Source: Chloroflexota bacterium (lineage in GTDB: Bacteria > Chloroflexota > Dehalococcoidia > Lucifugimonadales > JACPCL1). Taken from it: a DNA stretch of 64,000 nt. Made by a program: the position numbers and the translations under genes. How positions within the stretch are numbered: the first letter of the stretch is position 1; each line of letters begins with the position of its first letter. The stretch lies in NCBI GenBank assembly GCA_016179765.1, contig JACPCL010000036.1, positions 134,110 to 198,109 of the forward strand. Reading direction: 5' to 3'. Positions 25,314 to 34,400 of the stretch are shown piece by piece. Under the pieces are notes generated by a model. The model made no database searches. It worked only from the letters and a program-made list of their open reading frames with translations, and had not been told where the DNA came from.

Positions 25314-27605
25314 CTACAAATCAGGGTGGTCGTGCATGGCCTTCAGCCTGCGCCAGCGTCGCTCTACCTCCGCCGCAAACCGTTCCAGTGGCTCCCGGTA
25401 CTCGGGCAGGGTCAGGTGGCGCGTCTTGCCCATTGCTCCAAGCCACTGTGTTACCGGTATCTTGCGTCCCACCGTAGCGGGGTCGTAAGTGATGGTCGTC
25501 ACCCCCTCTTCCACCTCATAGAGGGGGAAGAAGTTGCAGTCCACGGCGGCCTGGACAACGTCCGTCCCCGACTCGTCAGGGGCGCGCCAGTTCAGGGGGC
25601 AGGAGATCAGCACCTTGCCAAAGGCGAGGCCCTGGTTCTTGGCATACCACTGGGCCTTTGCCCCTTTTTTGACCAGGTCGTCGGCGTAGCCCTCCACGGA
25701 GGAGAAGACGTAAGGGATGTGGCAGGCAGCCATGATCTGAAGGGTATCCTTGTGGTGGAAGGTCTTGCCGCCCTGGGCCTGTCCCACATGGCTGGTGGAG
25801 GTCATGTGCCCCAGGGGCGTGGAGTAGCTGAGCTGGCTACCGGTATTCATGTAGCCCTGGTTATCGTATTCAACGATGACCATGTTGTGGTTTCGCAGCG
25901 CCGCGCCAATGGTGGGGCCCATGCCAATGTCCATACCGCCGTCCCCGGTAATCATCACAAAGGTAATGTCTTCACCCTCGGGCAGTTCCCCCCGTGCCTT
26001 ACGCTCCAAGAACATCTCCACGAGACCGGAGAGGGTAGCCGACCCGTTTTGGAAGAGGTTGTGGATGTAGGTGACCCGGTGGGCGCTGAAAGGGTAACCC
26101 GTGGTGACCACCATGGCGCACCCCGTCTGATACAGCACCACAATGTCCCCCTCCATGCCCTTGAAAAGCTGGTCAAGGGCGGGGAAGATGCCACACCCGG
26201 GGCAGGCTCCGTGTCCCGGGGCAAAGACCCGTGAACGCACCGCCAGCTTCCACAGGGGTGGGGTGCGCACCTGGACCTTGCCGGAAGCGGCATCTTTTTC
26301 CACGCTCACCAGTCCCGGGCGCATCTCTTCCCTGGTGAAAGGGGGCAGCACCGGGGAGAGGGCGCCGTTGCGCGAGTTGCCTGGGGTGACGCCATGATAG
26401 TCAAAGGGGATATGCACCTTGCCTGAGCTAGCGGCGGCTAGGGCTAGCCGGAAGAGGGCCTCGGCGTCTTCATACAGGAAGTCCTTACCGCCCAGGCCAT
26501 AGATGCGGCTCAGGCACAGGGTCTTGTTGTCAGGGTCGTCCTTCAGGGCCGACTTGACCTCGTGGGTCAGGGCGTTGCCCTGCCCGCCGTAGGAGTCCGC
26601 GCGCTCGGCAATGAGGACAGCGCCCACGTGTTTGAGCGCCTCACGAATAGCATCGGCCGGGAAGGGACGCAGGACGTTCGGGCTCAAGACGCCCACCTTC
26701 TTGCCCTGCTTTCGCAACTCGTCGGCCACGTCTTTAGCCGTTTCGGCGGCGGAGTTCAGCAAGACCAGGACGGCCTCCGCGTCCTCTATCCGGTAGGCGT
26801 CTACCACGGGATAGCTGCGCCCGGAGAGCGTAGCATACTGCTCAAAGACCTGGGGCAGCACCCGCAGCGCCGCGTCCATAGCTAGCTTTTGCTGGTACTT
26901 GTTGTTGATAAGGTCAGGGTCATTCATATAGGGGCCCACGGTGATGGGGTTGCGCGGGTCCAGGGTTGAGCGCTGCGCCTGGAAGGGACCCAGGAACCCT
27001 TGCACCGGTTGGCGGTCAGGAAAATAGCTGACGCGTCGCTTCTGGTGGCTCGTGAAGAAGCCGTCGTAGGCCACGATGACGGGTAGGCGGACATTCGGAT
27101 GCTCGCCTAGGCGCACGGCGACGACGTTCATATCGTAGACCGCTTGGGGGTCCCGGGCCAGGAGTACAATCCAGCCTGTGTTCAGGGAGAAGTAGAGGTC
27201 AGAGTGGTCGCCGCGGATGTCCAGGGGCCCACTGACGGAGCGCGTGACCAGGTCCATGACCATGGGGTAGCGGGTGCCGGACTGGACGGGGAACTGCTCC
27301 AGGGCGTAGAGGAAGCCGTTGGCGCTGGTGGCGTTGAACACCCTGCCGCCGCCTGTGGAGGCGCCGTAGCAAATGCCCGCCCCGCCGTGCTCCCCATCGG
27401 CGGCGATCATGCGTATCTGATGCTCCCCCTGAGCAAACATTTCGTCCAGGTATTCGGCAATCTCCGTGGAAGGGGTGATGGGGTAGTAGCCCATCACGTG
27501 GAAGTTGATGTGGTTGGCGGCCAGGGCCGCCATCTCATTGCCGCTTTTGAAATCGGTAAGCTGAGGGAGGGCGCTCTGGCGAGCATGGCGTTCAGTAATG
27601 AGCAT
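25314..27605 (-). CDS. 2-oxoacid:ferredoxin oxidoreductase, fused alpha-beta subunits
   Basis: 763 aa. Alpha-type N-terminal half, and a beta-type TPP-binding C-terminal half (GHGACPGCG, ITGDGG.DIG). Confidence 0.8.
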   Translation of the reverse strand: MLITERHARQSALPQLTDFKSGNEMAALAANHINFHVMGYYPITPSTEIAEYLDEMFAQGEHQIRMIAADGEHGGAGICYGASTGGGRVFNATSANGFLYALEQFPVQSGTRYPMVMDLVTRSVSGPLDIRGDHSDLYFSLNTGWIVLLARDPQAVYDMNVVAVRLGEHPNVRLPVIVAYDGFFTSHQKRRVSYFPDRQPVQGFLGPFQAQRSTLDPRNPITVGPYMNDPDLINNKYQQKLAMDAALRVLPQVFEQYATLSGRSYPVVDAYRIEDAEAVLVLLNSAAETAKDVADELRKQGKKVGVLSPNVLRPFPADAIREALKHVGAVLIAERADSYGGQGNALTHEVKSALKDDPDNKTLCLSRIYGLGGKDFLYEDAEALFRLALAAASSGKVHIPFDYHGVTPGNSRNGALSPVLPPFTREEMRPGLVSVEKDAASGKVQVRTPPLWKLAVRSRVFAPGHGACPGCGIFPALDQLFKGMEGDIVVLYQTGCAMVVTTGYPFSAHRVTYIHNLFQNGSATLSGLVEMFLERKARGELPEGEDITFVMITGDGGMDIGMGPTIGAALRNHNMVIVEYDNQGYMNTGSQLSYSTPLGHMTSTSHVGQAQGGKTFHHKDTLQIMAACHIPYVFSSVEGYADDLVKKGAKAQWYAKNQGLAFGKVLISCPLNWRAPDESGTDVVQAAVDCNFFPLYEVEEGVTTITYDPATVGRKIPVTQWLGAMGKTRHLTLPEYREPLERFAAEVERRWRRLKAMHDHPDL

Positions 27606-27629
27606 AGTGGTGTCTCCTGGTGCAGCCGC

Positions 27630-28742
27630 TCAATGGTGATGGCGCTCGCCATTCTGGGAGAAGCCTTGCAGATGCGGAAAGAGGGGCACGCTATGCCGCT
27701 CAGCGTACCCCTCTTCTTCTCGCTCTGTGGAGAGCGCCAAGGTGGGACAGGCGTCAATGCACTTCAAGCACCCCTTACAGAATTGGTAGTCAATGCCCTT
27801 GAGGCGTATAGCCTCAACGCCATCCCCCTTTCGTTCCACGGCCCAGACGAAGCAGAAATCGGGGCAGACCAGGTCGCACAGAGCGCAGTCCACGCACCTT
27901 TCCCGGTGGAAAGCGGGCAGGAAGCCGTTGCGGGAGACTGAAAGGTCTTTCAGCGCCGTGTTCCCCGGATTCATGACAGCGCCGCCCAGGGGGGCATCCA
28001 GATAGCCGAAAGGTGGAGCGTGTCTGGCGTAGTTTTGGGGGACTGCGGCGGCTGCGTGGCTGAAGTCCTCCAATGCCAGCTCTTGAAATCCGCGGTCAAA
28101 GGCACGAAGGTTGCTTGCAAGCAATTGCGGATAGCGTTCACCCAGGGTAGCCTGAATGACCTCTTTGACGGCTTCAGGCTTGATGAAGCCGCTGGCCCGA
28201 GCCACAGCCCCCAGCATGACGGTGTTGACCCTGGAGCTTTCCTCCACGGCAATTGCTAGGGCGTTGACGGCGCCAACCTTGGCCGCGGGCCGCCCCAGGC
28301 CGTCCCACACCTGTGAGGGCGAGCGCAGAGAGTTTACGATGATGGCGCCCTCTGGCAGCAGTCCCCAGAGGACTGGCTCGGTCCTCACCAACCCCTCGTG
28401 AAAGACGGCCACCAGGTGGGGCCTATCCACGGGGCTGCTGGTGCGTACCTCCTGCTCTGCCGCGCAGAAGCGGACGTAGGCCTTGACGGGGGAGCCTTTT
28501 TTTTCAGAGCCATAGGAGGAGAAGTTGGCCCCATTGAGTCCCATGCGAAGGACGCCGGCCTGAGCGAGGATCTGCCCAGCCACGTGGGCACCCAGGCCAC
28601 CTATGGATTCCAAACGTATACCGAAGAACCCCTGGTTGTCGGTTTGCGGTAGCTGAGTGCGGGACTTGATGTGGGTTTTCGCCACGCTGTTTGCCGTATC
28701 CGTAAGTATTTGCGGGCATGGCGGCCCTTGCCAGGCGTGCAT
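27630..28742 (-). CDS. 2-oxoacid:ferredoxin oxidoreductase, fused gamma-delta subunits
   Basis: Gamma-type GIRLESIGGLGAHVAGQIL followed by two 4Fe-4S ferredoxin motifs (CVDCALCDLVCP, CKGCLKCIDACP). Start uncertain. Confidence 0.8.
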   Translation of the reverse strand: MHAWQGPPCPQILTDTANSVAKTHIKSRTQLPQTDNQGFFGIRLESIGGLGAHVAGQILAQAGVLRMGLNGANFSSYGSEKKGSPVKAYVRFCAAEQEVRTSSPVDRPHLVAVFHEGLVRTEPVLWGLLPEGAIIVNSLRSPSQVWDGLGRPAAKVGAVNALAIAVEESSRVNTVMLGAVARASGFIKPEAVKEVIQATLGERYPQLLASNLRAFDRGFQELALEDFSHAAAAVPQNYARHAPPFGYLDAPLGGAVMNPGNTALKDLSVSRNGFLPAFHRERCVDCALCDLVCPDFCFVWAVERKGDGVEAIRLKGIDYQFCKGCLKCIDACPTLALSTEREEEGYAERHSVPLFPHLQGFSQNGERHHH

Positions 28743-28757
28743 CCCCGTTAACCAGGG

Positions 28758-28786
28758 ATATTACCGATGCCGAGAAACGAAGTCAA
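28758..28786 (-). promoter_or_regulatory. sigma-70-like promoter candidate for the OFOR operon
   Basis: Minus strand reads TTGACT-17 nt-TAATAT within an AT-rich spacer. It lies very close to the annotated ATG (28742), which implies a very short leader or a downstream start. Confidence 0.4.
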
Positions 28787-28910
28787 TATAAAATGCATTG
28801 ATGTTTTGGATTGGAGCCATAGAAAACACTAGGGGTCAAAAAAAGGGTTGCTTACCTTGCGCGACTCACTTCTGAGGAAAGGCAGCGCCGACGGTCCCGA
28901 CCTGTCAGGA

Positions 28911-29582
28911 CTATCCCGTGCCCGTGGGGGGCTGCCCCCGGAAGCGGTAGCCCACGTTCCACACCGTCTCAATGTAGCTCTGGCCAGGGCCCTCAATCTT
29001 GCTGCGCAGGCGGCGGATGTGCACGTCCACGGTGCGGGTACCGCCGAAGTAATCGTACTCCCATATCTGGTTCAGCAGGGTCTCCCGGGAGAAGACGCGG
29101 CCAGGGCTGGAGGCCAGCAGGCACAGGAGCTGGTACTCCTTGAAGGTAAGTTGCACCCGCTGGCTACGGAGGAACACCTCGTACCGTTCCAGGTCAATGC
29201 GCAGGTCGCCCGTCTCCACAACCTTCTCGCCAGTCTGGGCCGTGCTCTGGCGCGTAGCCTGCCGGATGCGGGCGGAAACCTCTCCGGCGCGGCTGGGGAG
29301 AAGGATGAAGTCGGTGGCGCCCCAGGAGTGGTCATAGCGGGAGAGATGCCGGGAGGGGAGGGCGCACAGAAGGGGGATGGCCAGCTCCTGGCAGCGCTGC
29401 CCCAGGGGAGCCACGTCCCGCTGGGGCGAGATGCTTAGGTCAATCAGGGCGGCCTGGTGCTCCTTGGTGACCTCCTCCAGTGCCCTCGCCAGGGTATAGG
29501 ACACGCCTTCCTCATCCAGGGTGCGGAGGAGGCCGCCGTCTGGATCGCCGTCCTTGGTGAAGATAGCCAGGTGATATGGCAT
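28911..29582 (-). CDS. OmpR/PhoB-family winged-helix regulator with atypical (pseudo-)receiver domain
   Basis: C-terminal wHTH (LTFKEYQLLCLL...TVDVHIRRLRSKI..VWNVGYRF). The receiver-like N-terminus keeps the LIDLS Asp but lacks the DD pair context and the conserved Thr and Lys (PLLCALPS, DFILLP). Confidence 0.75.
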   Translation of the reverse strand: MPYHLAIFTKDGDPDGGLLRTLDEEGVSYTLARALEEVTKEHQAALIDLSISPQRDVAPLGQRCQELAIPLLCALPSRHLSRYDHSWGATDFILLPSRAGEVSARIRQATRQSTAQTGEKVVETGDLRIDLERYEVFLRSQRVQLTFKEYQLLCLLASSPGRVFSRETLLNQIWEYDYFGGTRTVDVHIRRLRSKIEGPGQSYIETVWNVGYRFRGQPPTGTG

Positions 29583-29763
29583 AGGGGTATAGCCATGAGG
29601 CCGCAGCCCTGTTGCGGCGGAATGCAGCACCCGACCATTATAGGGCCATGGGCTGCGGGGCGTAATGGCTGGGCTTTTTGGGGTTGTGAAAAAAGGGACA
29701 ACCCACCTGGACCTTTCGCGAATCCTTGACCACCTTCCAGGTGTGTGCTAGCCTTTCTCCATA

Positions 29764-30113
29764 GGCGACGACGGAGTCCAGTACGCAGGCCCTCCTGAGC
29801 CAGCGAGTCCGGTCCGGTGAAAGCGGACATCAAGGCCCCTGCCGAAGATCCCTCCCGAGCCTCCCGCCCAAAGCCTTCCATTGTGATTCCGAGCGTAGCG
29901 AGGAATCTCTCCTGGTAAGAGATTCATTCGGTCGGGCCGACCCCATCGGCCCTCCCTCAGAATGACAAGGTGAGCGAGTAGACCGGGACGGAGTTGTCCT
30001 CCGTTAACGCGGACAGGGCGTGCTAGCGCCGCACGAGTGCTCCCCATGGCATGGGGGCAAAAAGGGTGGTACCACGGGATTCGTGTCCCGTCCCTTTAGG
30101 GACGGGATTTTTG
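29764..30113 (+). promoter_or_regulatory. T-box riboswitch leader (probable Ile specifier) with terminator
   Basis: Stem I elements (GGCGACGACGGAG..CAGUA, AGCGAGUCC..GGUGAAAGCGGAC, closing CUCCCGAGCC..CGCC). Specifier region CGAAGAUCC. T-box motif AGGGTGGTACCACG at 30063-30076. Terminator tcccgtccc-ttta-gggacggga + T5 at 30086-30112. Confidence 0.75.
29881..29970. repeat. inverted-pair repeat family D inside the T-box leader
   Basis: gtgattccgagcgtagcgaggaatctc ... gattcattcgg...ccctcagaatgacaagg. Same family as 50677-50848 and 54924-55235. Confidence 0.65.
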
Positions 30114-30125
30114 TTACCCACTGAT

Positions 30126-30165
30126 TCTCCCTCTCCCTTGATGGGAGAGGGCTAGGGTGAGGGTG
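30126..30165. repeat. hairpin-plus-tail repeat family A
   Basis: tctccctctccc-ttgat-gggagaggg + ctagggtgagggtg, between the T-box terminator and the HAD gene start. Confidence 0.65.
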
Positions 30166-30879
30166 ATGATTTCGCTTCCAAAAGCCCTCTTGCTTGACCT
30201 GGACAACACGGTCCTGGCCTTTGACCAGGCGGTGGAGCAGTCGTGGGTCAAAGTGGCTACGGCCTATGCCCCGAAACTGGAGGGCATAACCTTCCAGCGC
30301 CTGCTGGAAGCCCTCCTCCGCAGCCGCGACCGTTTCTGGGCCGACCCCGTCCGTAACCGGTGGGGGCGCAACAACCCAGGGGAGGCTCACCGTCAGGTGG
30401 TGCGCGCCGCCCTGGCGGACCTGGGCCTGCGTAAGGCGTCCCTTGCCGATGACATCGCCCGGTCCCATACCAATACCTTTGACAGCACCGTGGCCCCCTT
30501 TCCGGGCGCGCTGGAGACCCTGGAACGCCTCCGACAGCAGGGTGTCCGCCTGGCCCTGGTCTCCAACGGCGGCGCAGAGGCGCAGCGGCGCAAGGTCAGC
30601 AAGTTTCGCTTAGAGACACTGGTGGATGCCATCTTCATAGAAGGGGAGCTGGGCTTTGGCAAGCCCGAAGCCCGCATCTTCCGGCAGGCATTGGAGCGCC
30701 TGGGCGCATCCCCCGCCGAGGCCTGGATGGCCGGCGACAACCTGGAGCACGACGTTGCGCCAGCCCAAGCCCTGGGGATGACAGGGATATGGGTGGACTG
30801 GCAAGGCAGGGGGCTGCCTCCGGGGAGCGCAGTGAGGCCGGACAGGGTGGTGCGCGGAATAAGGGAGTTGCTGCCGTAA
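30166..30879 (+). CDS. HAD family hydrolase
   Basis: MISLPKALLLDLDNTV (motif I DxDxT), SNG (motif II) and GDN..HD (motif IV) contexts. Confidence 0.8.
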   Translation: MISLPKALLLDLDNTVLAFDQAVEQSWVKVATAYAPKLEGITFQRLLEALLRSRDRFWADPVRNRWGRNNPGEAHRQVVRAALADLGLRKASLADDIARSHTNTFDSTVAPFPGALETLERLRQQGVRLALVSNGGAEAQRRKVSKFRLETLVDAIFIEGELGFGKPEARIFRQALERLGASPAEAWMAGDNLEHDVAPAQALGMTGIWVDWQGRGLPPGSAVRPDRVVRGIRELLP

Positions 30880-30882
30880 GCC

Positions 30883-30927
30883 GACCTCACCCCCTGTAGT
30901 CCCCCTCCCACTTCAGGGGAGGGGGAC
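30883..30927. repeat. family A repeat, left inverted copy flanking the DUF559 gene
   Basis: gACCTCACCCCCTgtag + tccccctccc-acttca-ggggaggggga. Tail on the 5' side. Confidence 0.7.
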
Positions 30928-30935
30928 AGAGAGTT

Positions 30936-31352
30936 GTGATGAGAAGGATACAAAAACCGAGAACTGGGTTGGATGTGAAGGGTATTGTTACAGACCAAGA
31001 CCTACCTGAAGAAAAACGTGTAGCCGCAAGGCAACTGCGTAAGGATATGACTGAGGCTGAACGTCGCTTGTGGCAGGCGTTACGCAACGGCCAGATGAAC
31101 GGCCATCGCTTCAGGAGACAGCAAGTCCTTGATGGCTACATCGTTGATTTTTACTGCCACAGCCTCGGTCTGGTTGTTGAGGTGGATGGACCAGTCCATG
31201 ACCAGCAACAGGAATATGACCAGGCACGAGACAAAACATTAGCCATGAGAGGGTTGACCATTCTCAGATTCAAGAACCAAGAAGTAATGGATGACATCCT
31301 CACCGTCTTGCGGCGAATTTCTACATATGCACTCAAGCAACCAACAAACTGA
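30936..31352 (+). CDS. DUF559 (Vsr-like endonuclease fold) domain protein
   Basis: RQLRKDMTEAERRLWQALR...GHRFRRQQVLDGYIVDFYCHSLGLVVEVDG..H is the typical DUF559 pattern. Visibly AT-richer than its neighbours. Confidence 0.8.
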   Translation: MMRRIQKPRTGLDVKGIVTDQDLPEEKRVAARQLRKDMTEAERRLWQALRNGQMNGHRFRRQQVLDGYIVDFYCHSLGLVVEVDGPVHDQQQEYDQARDKTLAMRGLTILRFKNQEVMDDILTVLRRISTYALKQPTN

Positions 31353-31362
31353 TTATCCCATA

Positions 31363-31404
31363 GTCCCCCCTCCCACTTTAGGGGAGGGGGCTAGGGGGTG
31401 AGGT
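31363..31404. repeat. family A repeat, right inverted copy flanking the DUF559 gene
   Basis: tcccccctccc-acttta-ggggaggggg + ctAGGGGGTGAGGT. Tail on the 3' side, the exact reverse complement of the 12-nt tail core at 30884-30895. Confidence 0.7.
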
Positions 31405-31411
31405 AAGAGCC

Positions 31412-34400
31412 ATGACCACCTTCAATCCCGTCAATCCACGTCCGGATTTCCCCGCCATGGAGCGGGAGCGCCTTGCCTGGTGGGACCAGACAGGCATGGT
31501 GCAGAAGTACCTCCGCCGCAACGAACAGGCGGAGAAACGCTTCTCCTTCATTGACGGTCCCATCACCGCCAACAACCCCATGGGCGTGCATCACGCATGG
31601 GGCCGCACCTACAAGGACATCTGGCAGCGCTTCAAGACTATGCAGGGCTACCGCCAGCGCTACCAGAATGGCTTTGACGGCCAGGGTCTGTGGGTTGAAG
31701 TTGAAGTTGAAAAAGAGCTGGGCTTCACGTCCAAAAAGGATATTGAAGCCTTTGGCATTGACCGCTTCGTAGAGCTGTGCAAGGAGCGTGTGCGCAAATT
31801 TGCGGGCGTACAAACGGCGCAATCCATCCGGCTGGGCTACTGGATGGACTGGGACAACTCCTACCACACCATGTCTGACGAGAACAATTACACTATCTGG
31901 CGCTTCCTGAAGGTGTGCCATGAGCGCGGCTGGCTGTATGAAGGCACGGACGTGATGCCCTGGTGCCCCCGCTGCGGCACCGGCATCTCCAATCAGGAGA
32001 TAGCTACCGAGGGGTACGTTGAATTGGAGCACGCATCGCCCTACCTCCGATTGCCCTTGGAAGGGCGTTCGAGGGAGGCGTTGCTCGTCTGGACAACCAC
32101 CCCATGGACGCTGAGTTCCAACGTTGCCGCTGCGGTCAACCCAACCCTGACCTACGCCAAAGTGAGGCAAGGCGATGAGACGCTGTACCTGGCGAAGAGC
32201 CGGCTTGGCGCCCTTCGTGGGAGCTACGTCGTAGAAGAGGAGCTGCCAGGTTCTGCGCTGGTTGGGCTGCTGTATCGCGGCCCCTACGATGAGCTACCCG
32301 CTCAGCAAGGCGTTGTGCATCGCGTTATCCCCTGGGATCAGGTGAGCGCGGATGAGGGGACCGGTATCGTGCACATCGCACCTGGGGCCGGTGCGGAGGA
32401 CTTTGTGCTGGGGAAGGAACATAGGCTGGCCGTTATTGCGCCGCTGGACGACGCTGGCGTATTTGTGGAGGGCTTTGGGTGGTTGACGGGAAGGAACGCC
32501 GCCGAGGCGCCGGACGCCATCTTTGCTGACCTGCGCCAGAAAGGCCTGCTGTACCACGTGGAGCGCTACCGGCACCGCTATCCGACCTGCTGGCGGTGCA
32601 GCACCGAGCTGGTCTTCCGTCTGGTGAGCGAGTGGTTCATCTCCATGAAGGACCTCCGGCGCCTTATCGCGGACGTCTCCCGCAAGGTCCGCTGGGTACC
32701 CGAGTTTGGCATGGAGCGGGAGCTGGACTGGCTTCGGAACATGAACGACTGGATGATCTCCAAGAAGCGCTACTGGGGGCTTGCGTTGCCTATCTACAAG
32801 TGCGTCTCCTGCGGCCACTTTGAGGTCATCGGCAGTGAGACGGAGCTGAAGCAGCGCGCCGTGGAAGGGTGGGAGCAGTTTGAGGGGCACTCGCCTCACC
32901 GTCCCTGGGTAGACGCGGTCAAGATAACCTGTCCCTCATGCGGCGCCAAGGTGTCAAGGATCGCCGACGTGGGGAATCCGTGGCTGGACGCAGGCATCGT
33001 CCCCTTCTCCACCCTCGCCTACCGCAACGATCGGGACTCCTGGCAGGAGTGGTTTCCCGCCGACTGGATATCGGAGAGTTTTCCAGGGCAGTTCCGCAAC
33101 TGGTTCTACTCTCTGCTCACCATGTCCACCGTGCTGGAAAACCGGGAGCCCTTTAGGTGCGTCTTCAGCTATGGCCTGATGCGTGACGAGAAGGGCGAGG
33201 AGATGCACAAGAGCAAGGGGAACGCCATCTGGTTTGATGATGCGGCGGAGAAGGCGGGCGTGGACGCCATGCGGTGGCTGTACTTCTCCTGCAATCCGGC
33301 GGCGAACCTGAACTTCGGCTATGGGACCATTGACGAGGTGCGCCGCCGCTTCATCATCCCTCTCTGGAACTGCTACTCCTTCTTCGTCACCTACGCCAAC
33401 CTGGACGGCTACAACCCCACGGCGTCGCCAAAGGTGCAGCCTGCCTCGGACATGGACCGCTGGATCATCTCGGAGCTACACCAGCTTATCAACGACGTGA
33501 CGCGCCATCTGGAGGAGTACAACCCCAGCGACGCCGCCCGCCGCATTGAGGAGTTCGTGGACAGGCTCTCCAACTGGTACATCCGCAGAAGCAGGCCCCG
33601 CTTCTGGAAACCTGTCCTGGGCGAAGCTGGAGGACAGCAAGGCGACCAGGACAAGCTCTCGGCGCACCAGACTCTGTACACCTGCCTGGTTACCATCACA
33701 AAGCTGATTGCGCCTGCCATCCCTTTCCTGGCCGAGGAGATGTACCAGAACCTCGTTTGCTCCGTAGACGACGCCACCCCGGACAGCGTCCACCTGGCGG
33801 ACTGGCCGGTGGCCGAGGCCGCCCTCATTGACGAAAGCCTGTCCGAGGGCATGCGCCTAGCGATGCACGTCGCCAGCATGGGGCGCGCCGCCCGCAGCAA
33901 GGCGGGTATCCGCGTGCGCCAGCCCCTATCGCGCATCTTGGTCACGACCCGCACCGCCCAGGAGTCCTCTGCATTGCAACGCCTGGCCCCCCATGTGCTG
34001 GACGAGCTGAACATCAAGGAGCTGGCCTCCCTGGGTAATGAAGGTGAGGTGGTGGAGTTTTCCCTGCGACCCAATCTGCCGCTCCTTGGCCCAAAGTATG
34101 GCAACCAGGTGGGCCGCATCCGCCAGGCCCTGGGCAGGGCCGACGCCGCCCGGGTCGCGACGGCCGTGCGCGGCGGTGACTCCGTGACGCTGGATGGCTT
34201 CACGCTCTTGCCTGAAGAGGTGCTGGTAGACGCCAGGGAGAAGCCAGGCTACGCCGTGGCCCTGGAGGGCAGCTACGTGGCGGCGGTGGACACTCACGTC
34301 ACGCCGGAGCTTGCGGACGAGGGCATGGCCCGGGAGCTGGTGCACCGCATCCAGAACATGCGCCGCTCCGCCGGCTACAACATCGCCGACCGCATCACGG

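Noticed and set aside
29847-29849. GAU (Asp) as the T-box specifier codon
   Set aside because: Register alignment with the GAA-NNN-A consensus allows GAU. However, the antiterminator UGGU bulge predicts an A73 discriminator (tRNA-Ile, not tRNA-Asp), no aspS is nearby and ileS is downstream. AUC (29848-29850) is favoured, but this is not proven.
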